A stretch of 64,000 nucleotides of DNA, taken from an uncultured virus (IMG/VR IMGVR_UViG_2061766007_000468). Taxonomy: Duplodnaviria > Heunggongvirae > Uroviricota > Caudoviricetes. A program made the position numbers and the translations under genes. Under the pieces are notes generated by a model, which was given only the letters and a program-made list of their open reading frames with translations, was not told the origin of the DNA and ran no database searches. Positions 56,321 to 64,000 of this stretch are shown here, piece after piece. Each line of letters starts with the position of its first letter. Within the stretch, counting starts at the first letter, position 1. The stretch is taken from IMG/VR virus record IMGVR_UViG_2061766007_000468. One strand, given 5' to 3'.

Positions 56321-56867
56321 GGGTAAAATATAATAAAGGGAAGCCGGTGAACGAACCTCCTGCATGGTTAAAAAATATTTACCGACGGTGGCGGTGTGTT
56401 GTGGCTGGGTGTGTTAGTCCCAGGCCACCGTCGGCTGCCCTCAGGGAGTAGGGCAAATNNNNNNNNNNCTGGAGGAGCATGAGGAAGCACTTGACCGCCA
56501 TGTCGTAGGGGTCACGGCACGTCTTGCAGAACTTCCAAGAGTCGACGCCTATACGGTCGCCCATTCTGGAGTCCTTGCACAGATCGAACTCGAATCCTTC
56601 GCACGTGCCATTGAGGCAGATGGTATCGCCGAGCGTGACGGACGAGATCAGTCCGGCCTTGATTTCCCCAGACATGACAGCGGAATTGAAGGTAGCTCTG
56701 ACCTTTTCCATCTGGTCGAGCATTTCCTTGGGGAATTCGACGGTTTCGTTTATTTTCTTGAGGTTCGGTTTCCAGTAGTTAGTGTAACCCATGATTAAAT
56801 CTCCTTTTGGTTGTGTGTGTGGAAAGAATAACCCGGCAGGGCAGTCCCGCCGGGCGGCGGCCAGTTC

Positions 56868-59374
56868 CTAGAACTCTTGGATCTTGTCGTCGACCGTCAT
56901 CAGAGCTTCGAAGTCGGTACCACCGTCCAGATCGGCGATGTCGTCGATATGGTTCTGGAAGAATTTTTTAAGCCAGCTGGCTTCACGTGCCGTGAGAACC
57001 AGGGTGCTCTTCGGAACATCGTGCTCGACGATACTCAGGCAGAAGTCGCCGAACTGGTAGCCGTTGAGCTTGACGCAGTCGGCAGCATTGATATGCTCGG
57101 TATGGGCATGGTTAGGCCATTTGTTGAATTCGTCGATCTCTTCGTTCATACGATCGGCGACGAACTTGGCCGCTGCCTTCTTGGACGTGAACAAAGGCGG
57201 ATAGGACAATGTGTCCGTGCCCATGCAGACACGCTTCATTCCGGACACTGTGTAAAATTTTCTTTTCTTAGCCATAATGAATCTCCTTGGTTTGTGCGGA
57301 AAAAATAACCCGGCAGGGCAGTCCCGCCGGGTGGCTGCCAGTTCCTAGAACTTGACGACTTCCTTGTCATCCGACAGACGAGCAGCGTCATCTGCATAGC
57401 CGGGGCCAACAGGGATCGCTCCCTTTACCGGGTTCTTGGATCCGTTCGGCAGCTTTTTAGCTGAAGCTAGATAATTTGCCATATGTTCCTCGATCGTTTC
57501 GAACGGGACCTTTGGGTTGTCCACCCGGCTGCGGATGACAGCCGACCAGAGGTGTCCTACACGTACGAGGGTGACGTCATAGCCATCCAGCTCGAACGAC
57601 GGCTGTTTGGCCAGCCAGAAGCACAGCGTTTCGCCGTAGCCAGCGTGAGACGGGATCTTGAAGAACCCGGAGTCCTCGAAGTACTCGGCGACGGACATGA
57701 NNNNNNNNNNGCGGCTGCGGATGACAGCCGACCAGAGGTGTCCTACACGGACGAGGGTGACGTCATAGCCATCCAGCTCGAACGACGGCTGCTTGGCCAG
57801 CCAGAAGCACAGCGTTTCGCCGTAGCCAGCGTGAGCCGGGATCTTGAAGAACCCGGAGTCCTCGAAGTACTCGGCGACGGACATGATATCCGGGTGGTCG
57901 TCGATGAGGATCGACTCGACATAAAATTTCTTTTTGTCGACCTTGATGCCGTAGCAGCTGGAGTAAATCTTGAATTCGAGCTTACCCTGCTTGATCTCTT
58001 CCTTGAGGGCCGCGACCGCCTTGTCGGTAGCCTGTTTGGCAGAATCTGCCTGGACGTGGATCTTGATATCCTTGGTGAGGTTGACGTTTACGATGTAAGT
58101 GGGTTTAGCCATGATGAATCTCCTTGGTTGAGGGTTGTATAAAGCAAATAATTATTCGGAGCAGTCCCGCCCGGTCTTTGCCAGTCGCCGGAAGCGGCTG
58201 GATATAAAAACTGGGTCGGAACGTGTCCGACCCAGTTGAACCAGGGAGTCAAAAATTATTTTTAGTGGTCATGGCAAGCGATAACCTTGACCTTGCTGTC
58301 GATACAGAGGCGGCAGTTCTCNNNNNNNNNNAATTCGTTTACACGGTCACAGAATCGATCCGCTTCATTGAGGCACGAATTTAATTTGTCAACGATTTCT
58401 TTTCCAGTGAGTTGGTAACCACGTCCCATGGTAGGTTGGCTTGTGCTGAAATAGCCACCTTTTTTGCACATCGTCTTGACATCTTTGTCATTGAGCGCGG
58501 TGGACGGAGTACCGAATTCGTCCATAGTGACTAGTACTCGGCCAGTGGTCAAGCTGATTCCGCACGAGAATCTGCATGCGCCGCCGCCACGAGTGAAGTA
58601 CACATCAGTAATGCGACGGTCAAAACCCGGCCAGTGGTACCAGCCGTCACTCAGAAAATATCCTTTCTGGTAATGGTCTTCACGGTTCAGGTACATGTTC
58701 TCTTCAAGCATGATGAAATTGTTCGCCTGTAGGGTACGGAAAATTCTTTCAGCTTCCCTGAGTTTCGGAAGTTTTTTCTTGAACTCTCGCATGATGACGG
58801 TAAAGTTCTTTGCCAAAGCGTCGCGCTTTGCCTGTTCCGCGTCAAGTTGCTGCTGGCGCTTTTTCGCAATCTGTTCGCAAATATCCATGATAGTCTCCTT
58901 GGTTGGTTTGGTTGTGTGTGGAAAGAATAACCCGGCAGGGCAGTCCCGCCGGGTGTCGGCCAGAATTTACTGGGCTGCAGCGACGGTCGCCTTGATCAGT
59001 CCAAGCACGTCGTACAGGACCGACTTGGCGTGCATGCCGCTGAGCTTGGTGAACGCCTTGGCGTATTCGCACGATTCATGGTCAGCCGGGGACACGTAGA
59101 CCGTGACTTCCCATATGGTAGTGACGAGTTCAGAGTGGTAGTTAAGATGGACAAAGAGGCGGTCATCGTCGGCCAGCCCGTCGAACTGATCAAACTCGAC
59201 GATCGCCAAGATGCCATCCTGTTCATTGACCCAGACGCTGCTGGGCACGGCATCCAGTTCATTGTCGACGAGGTCGGCGATGATGGAGCCTTCGATCTTG
59301 CACTTTTTCTGTTCGCGTGTATACTGGTTGGAGCCAGCGAGTTCTTCCATAGTGGACATTAGATAATTTTTCAT
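56868..59374 (-). CDS. hypothetical genes (56868-57275, 57345-58112, ~58332-58888, 58967-59374), each with its own upstream motif
   Basis: CAAGGA-led ORFs separated by the bipartite motif. Confidence 0.55.
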
Positions 59375-59465
59375 GGTACGTCCTTGGTTGAGGTTTCTAT
59401 CAAACAAATAATTATTCGGAGCAGTCCCGCCCGGTCTTTGCCAGTCACCCGATGGGGTAGGCAAT

Positions 59466-59496
59466 AAAAAAACTGGGCCGGAACATGTCCGACCCA
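59466..59496 (-). terminator. intrinsic terminator (similar ones at ~50059-50094, ~52803-52832, ~56146-56180, ~58206-58236)
   Basis: CTGGGTCGG-loop-CCGGCCCAG followed by T-tract on the - strand. Confidence 0.75.
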
Positions 59497-59521
59497 GTAA
59501 CCAGGGAGTCAAAAATTATTT

Positions 59522-60429
59522 TTAGTGATCGTGGCAAGCGATAACCTTGACCTTGCTGTCGATACAGAGGCGGCAGTTCTCGCAGTGCGCCTTGGGATCT
59601 GGGTTGAGCTTTGCTTTGCCAGTCTTACCGACTACCAGGTAGGCAGGGCAGTAGCACTTGGTAGGCAAGCACATATCCACGCCGTCATCGAAGACGAACG
59701 CCTTGACGTTCGGCAGCGAAGAATATTTTTTGTAAGCTTCGACGCCTACGTCGTGCCAGACGGAGAACAGGATCGTGAAGTTGGGCGGCACGTCGCCGTT
59801 TTCGAGGAATTTTCCCACGATATCGTACATTTTCGTGTACAGGTAGAACTTGGTATCGGGGAACTGGATAGCGAGGCGGCACCACATAGCCATCTGGCGT
59901 TCGTTTTCGAGTTCGCCAGACTGGTTGATACGAGCGATCTTGATGTGGCGACGTTCGATCTGCTTCGCAAGGTCGGCCTCGACCTTCTTGAGTTCGTGAC
60001 GGAGNNNNNNNNNNCTTCTTGAGTTCGTGGCGGAGACCCCACGTGTTGATCGCCTGGGACTGGACGACGCCAGGGAAGCGGTAGGAAGCTCTGACGTAGC
60101 AGCTCTTCTTGCACGCCGAGCAGTTCTTGCACGTACCCTTGATGTCTTCGAGGAGTCCGCTGAGACCCTTGTAGGTGTAGTCGCCGAGCAGCGTCGACCA
60201 NNNNNNNNNNAGCTGCACAGTTCTTGCACGTGCCCTTGATATCGGCGAGCAGTCCGTTGAGACCCTTGTAGGTGTAGTCGCCGAGCAGCGTAGACCACGT
60301 GGCGATCTTGCCCACCTTGATGTTGCCAGCGAGGCTGAAGCCGTAGGTGTGCTTCTCGCGGTCGAACGGCTGCACGGTATCGAGGCCGCTAGGTGTGACG
60401 GTTTTGGTGTCTTCATGAAACAGTGCCAT
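59522..60429 (-). CDS. Gp88-like protein, second copy (fragmented by gaps)
   Basis: GNIKVG, CKNCSACKKSCY, RINQSGE and YTK motifs. Confidence 0.7.
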
Positions 60430-60894
60430 AGTAAACTCCTTTTGGTTGGCTTGTGTAGAAATTATATCAGAAAGGGGCAGTCCCGNNNNNNNNNNAGCGC
60501 AGTTCTTGCACGTGCCCTTGATGTCTTCCAGGAGTCCGCTGAGACCCTTGTAGGTGTAGTCGCCGAGCAGCGTCGACCAGGTGGCGATACGGCCTACCTT
60601 GATGTTGCCAGCGAGGCTGAAGCCGTAGGTGTGCTTCTCGCGGTCNNNNNNNNNNCCAGATTTCTGTCAGTCGCCTCGTAGGGACGCCAGCAGAAAGACG
60701 GCGAAACCGCCGTCTGTCGTTATTCTGGAATGATTTTACTCCTAGAGTGTGAACGAGTTGATGTAGAATACGTCGGCACGTTCGTCGATCTGAACCATNN
60801 NNNNNNNNTGAGATTTCTGTCAGTCGCCTCGTAGGGCCGCCATCAGAAAGACGGCGAAACCGCCGTCTGTCGTTATTCTGGGATGATTTTACTC

Positions 60895-61943
60895 CTAGAG
60901 AGTGAACGAGTTGATGTAGAATACGTCGGCACGTTCGTCGATCTGAACCATGGCATAGTTCACGTATGCCGGTACAGTGACCATGATTGTGTCGATTTCG
61001 CCAGCAGCCAGCCAGTTCTGGAGCTGCTGGATGTACTTCTTGTTGCGTTTCCAGTTCTTGATGGTCTTGTAGTCCCATTCGCAGCTGTTGACGGAGTTGT
61101 GCTTGCATTCGATCACGAGATAGTCCGGACCCGGCTGCTTTGCGGTACGGATCTTGTCAGCAAATGATTCCTCGATCTCTTGCATGATCTGGATGGCCGC
61201 CTCGTTGAGCGATACGGTAGGTTCCCAGCACGCCGGAGCGATCAGATCGCCGTCACAGTGATCGGTAGTGTAGCAGATTGCCTGGAAATAAGTTTTCTTT
61301 TTAGCCATGATTGATTCTCCTTGGTTTGTGTGATAAAAATAAAAGAAGGCAGCAGCCCCGTGAGGCTGCCGCCAGTCCTTACGTCTTACAGACTGTCCAC
61401 CAGGGCATACAGTTGCTTTTCCCATTCCAGGGCGGCCAGCATGAAGTCCTTGGCGTTCGGGCGCATCCGGTTCTCGGAGATATTGTTTTCAGGGATCTCG
61501 AAATAGGTACCGTGTTCATCAGTTTCCCTGTTGATGACCCACAGTCCATCCGGCCCGATTACAATGCAGTTGGCACTGCCGAACCCTTCACGCGGACGGA
61601 TCGCGCCGATGCACGTTAGTTGCGTGTGGTTCTTGGTACGGTAAGTGGATGCACCGAAGGTGTACTCTTCTTTACCCAGCCAGAACTTGCCCATCTTGAC
61701 AGTCGGAAGAGTCGTAAGCTTGGACACCTGGGCGGCCATCTGTACCAGATCCGGGGCACGTTTCATGAACTCGTCAAGCTGTTTGCGGTAATCGCGCAGT
61801 TCGTCCTCCTGGGCTTTCTTAACGGCCTTGTCGTGTGTTTCCTTGGCCGCTGCCAGCTTGTTCACCTTTTCGAGGCGCACGGCCATGATGTCCTGTTCGG
61901 CTTTCTTGCTGGCGGTACGAGGATCAATTTTCTTTTTAGTCAT
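60895..61943 (-). CDS. two hypothetical genes (60895-61308 and 61386-61943)
   Basis: CAAGGAGA RBS-led ORFs. Confidence 0.55.
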
Positions 61944-62222
61944 GATAGAATCTCCTTGGTTTGTGTGATGAAAATAAAAGACCGGAGCAGTCCCGGAGGA
62001 CTGCCGCCAGTCTACTGGATGTTGTGCTGGGTTCTGAACTGTTCTTGCATTTTGCGGACTTCGTCCCAGGGGACGACACGCAGCGGAGTCAAGTACTCGA
62101 CCAGAATCCAGTCGCCGCCCTGGAGCAGCGATCGCTTGTAGGTCTTGGTCATACCTTCTGCCTCGCACTCGATCCAGACGCGCTGCTCTCCGTTAGCGAG
62201 CTTTTCGGACAGNNNNNNNNNN

Positions 62223-62441
62223 ATCGATACACCAGCGATACCAGTTAAACACGGTTTCACAGTTATTTTCTCTGCCGTCCTGATAGTCCGGGTCTTTTTC
62301 GTTAATAGGAACGAACGAGTTGAACGACAGAGGAGCCTGGTTGCCCTTTTCGTCAGCAGGGCCACGAGCCTTCTGCATAAAGAGTTCGACATCGGCCTTC
62401 GAGCCAGTCACGGTCAACGTATTAGAACACCAGTTTGGCAT
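62223..62441 (-). CDS. DUF1281/YubB-like protein, N-terminal part (rest in gap)
   Basis: MPNWCSNTLTVTG...LSFNSFVP...NWYRWC signature. Confidence 0.7.
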
Positions 62442-62511
62442 ATTAACTCCTTGGTTTGGGTGTATAGGGAAAATGACCCGGCGAGGCAGTCCCGCCGGGT
62501 AATCGTCAGTC

Positions 62512-63878
62512 TTACAGTGACTTGACCTTGTCGACGACCTTCAAGAAGTCGTCGTAGCCTTCCTCACCGTAGCTCTGAGTAGCCATTTCGTGGGTGTGGC
62601 TCTTGAAATAGTCCTTGAGCCACTTGGCCTCGCCGTCGGTGAGGGTCAATGTTTTTTCGTTCTGTGTAGCCATAGTTAAATCTCCTTCAGATGGATAGAG
62701 CGTTCCTTGCCAGACCACCACGTCAGTCCAGCGACGTAGATGTAGCCGCCGTAAGAAAACTTGTTTCTGACGACTTCGACGATGGATTCCTTGGCGGCCT
62801 CGACTTCCTCTTGGGTCATCTTGTTCCAGCCAGCCTTGGTTTCCGGCAGCTTGACCTTCTGCCTGGTTTCATCAGACACGTTGAATGCGCTGACACGGTC
62901 GGTATGACCGTTAAATTCTCCGTTGACTTGTACTCTGTAGGGCATCGTTAATCTCCTTGGTTTGTGTAGAAGAAATGACCCGGCAGGGCAGCCCCGCCGG
63001 GTGTTGGTCAGTTTAGGCAAGTGTATCTAGCGTGTCTTTCCACTCATTCCACACGCGGTTAGCTTGCTGATTAAGATAATCAACCTCGGACTGAACTCCG
63101 CTAAGCTCAATGTCGGTAGCATCAGCCTCTCCGTCCTCATAGTAGGGGAATAGCCAGTCAATGTCAAAGTCGCACTGCATGGCGGAGTTGGCTGGCTGGT
63201 AGGCTATCTTACCACAGATACGCCACGACTTGTCAGCGTTGGGAGTTCCCTCTGGTGCTTCGTCAAAGCCGTCAAGCCAGCCTACAACGATACACAGTTT
63301 GCGACCGCCTTCCGTTGTATTGATAAGGTGATGACAGCAACCGCACTTGTTCCGATTGAGAAAATCGATGTCATCTTTAAGGTCTGCAAGGGTAATAATT
63401 TCTTTTGCCATACGGGCTCCTTGGTTGATTGGTTTGTGTAGAAGAAATGACCCGGCAGGGCAGTCCCGCCGGGAATGAATCAGTTTTCCGCCGCTTAATC
63501 GTTCAAGAAACCTCCGTCATTGTAGAACTCGACTTCGACCTCTGGATCCGGCTTGATACGGAACCCGTTTGCCTCCATGATCGAAGTAGGGATATGTGCG
63601 ACAGACCTGGCTGGGAAACGTCCAATGGCATATTCCAGTTCGTCTCCGTCGCTTTCATCGTACTCATATCCATAGCCGTACATGTTGATTTCATCGGCAA
63701 GATCGTCCTTGTCCTCGTGGAACCAATCGGACACGGCCTTACGGATTCGCTTGTAAAATTCTTGCTCGATGTCATCCGAGCTGCTTTCTTCCATGTCGAT
63801 TATGAAATCGTTGGAATAGTCGTATGAGTGATCGCCATCAGAGTCCTTGATTGCAAATCTTACTGTGTACTGTGCCAT
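62512..63878 (-). CDS. four small hypothetical genes; 62512-62673 is a near-copy of the small gene ending at 52328
   Basis: RBS-led ORFs separated by the motif. Confidence 0.55.
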
Positions 63879-64000
63879 GATTGTCTCCTTGGTTGAATGG
63901 TTGTATAANNNNNNNNNNGGAACTCGCACTTCATTTTCTGGCCGAACACGAACGGCTGCTTCTTACCGATGAACAGCGGATAGCACTGGCCGTCGGTGCC

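Larger units (their letters stand above)
18527..63485 (-). promoter_or_regulatory. ~38 co-oriented copies of bipartite motif RA(C/A)TG-N12-CGGG(A/G)CTG(CC), putative phage-specific promoter
   Basis: + strand CAGTCCCG-N12-CA(G/T)TY at e.g. 18527, 22299, 24077, 24692, 26877, 35023, 36477, 39741, 41870, 44081, 49633, 51688, 52304, 56842, 58941, 61988, 63461; almost all intergenic, upstream of a CAAGGAG RBS. Confidence 0.7.

Noticed and set aside
58262..58888. Fusion of a hypothetical protein to a Gp88 C-terminus
   Set aside because: The join is exactly at a 10-N gap, so it is a scaffold chimera
18527..63485. Repeated motif as integron attC sites, a dispersed CRISPR, or sigma54 promoters
   Set aside because: No RYYYAAC/GTTRRRY ends or integrase, spacing is gene-sized, and no TTGC -12 box follows the TGGC
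18500..63900. Numerous long + strand ORFs antisense to the - strand genes
   Set aside because: Shadow ORFs caused by codon bias; no RBS or recognisable motifs

Overview
Gapped scaffold from what looks like a large lytic dsDNA phage. It has dense small ORFs with AAGGAG RBSs and no cellular housekeeping operons; a FISUMP-domain gene hints at a Fibrobacterota/Bacteroidota gut host (inference). Many 10-N gaps join near-identical strain variants. 1-14.6 kb is mostly + strand accessory genes: GNATs, a GHKL/MORC ATPase, a lytic transglycosylase, a Zn-finger/PD-(D/E)XK endonuclease, a metallophosphoesterase, TnpB, DUF4422 and a nucleoside hydrolase-like gene. 14.6-64 kb is almost all - strand. It holds a second TnpB, an FtsK-like ATPase, and a compact type I-C CRISPR-Cas (cas5-cas8c[cas11]-cas7-cas3, 18-repeat array, no cas1/2/4), then a long run of small genes punctuated by about 38 co-oriented copies of a fixed-spacing motif (RACTG-N12-CGGGACTG). 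The most unusual signals are: (1) two diverged tRNA-scaffold RNAs whose anticodon loop is replaced by a conserved, covarying ~50-nt hairpin, within a cluster of structured RNAs behind a conserved phage gene; (2) leader-distal CRISPR repeats with compensatory stems and two spacers that differ like codon-level homologs; (3) the repeated motif, one copy of which lies inside cas8c upstream of cas11; (4) 3'-UTR elements complementary to the phage's own RBS; (5) a shared pseudoknot leader ahead of two unrelated nuclease genes. All annotations are by eye from motifs; no searches were run.
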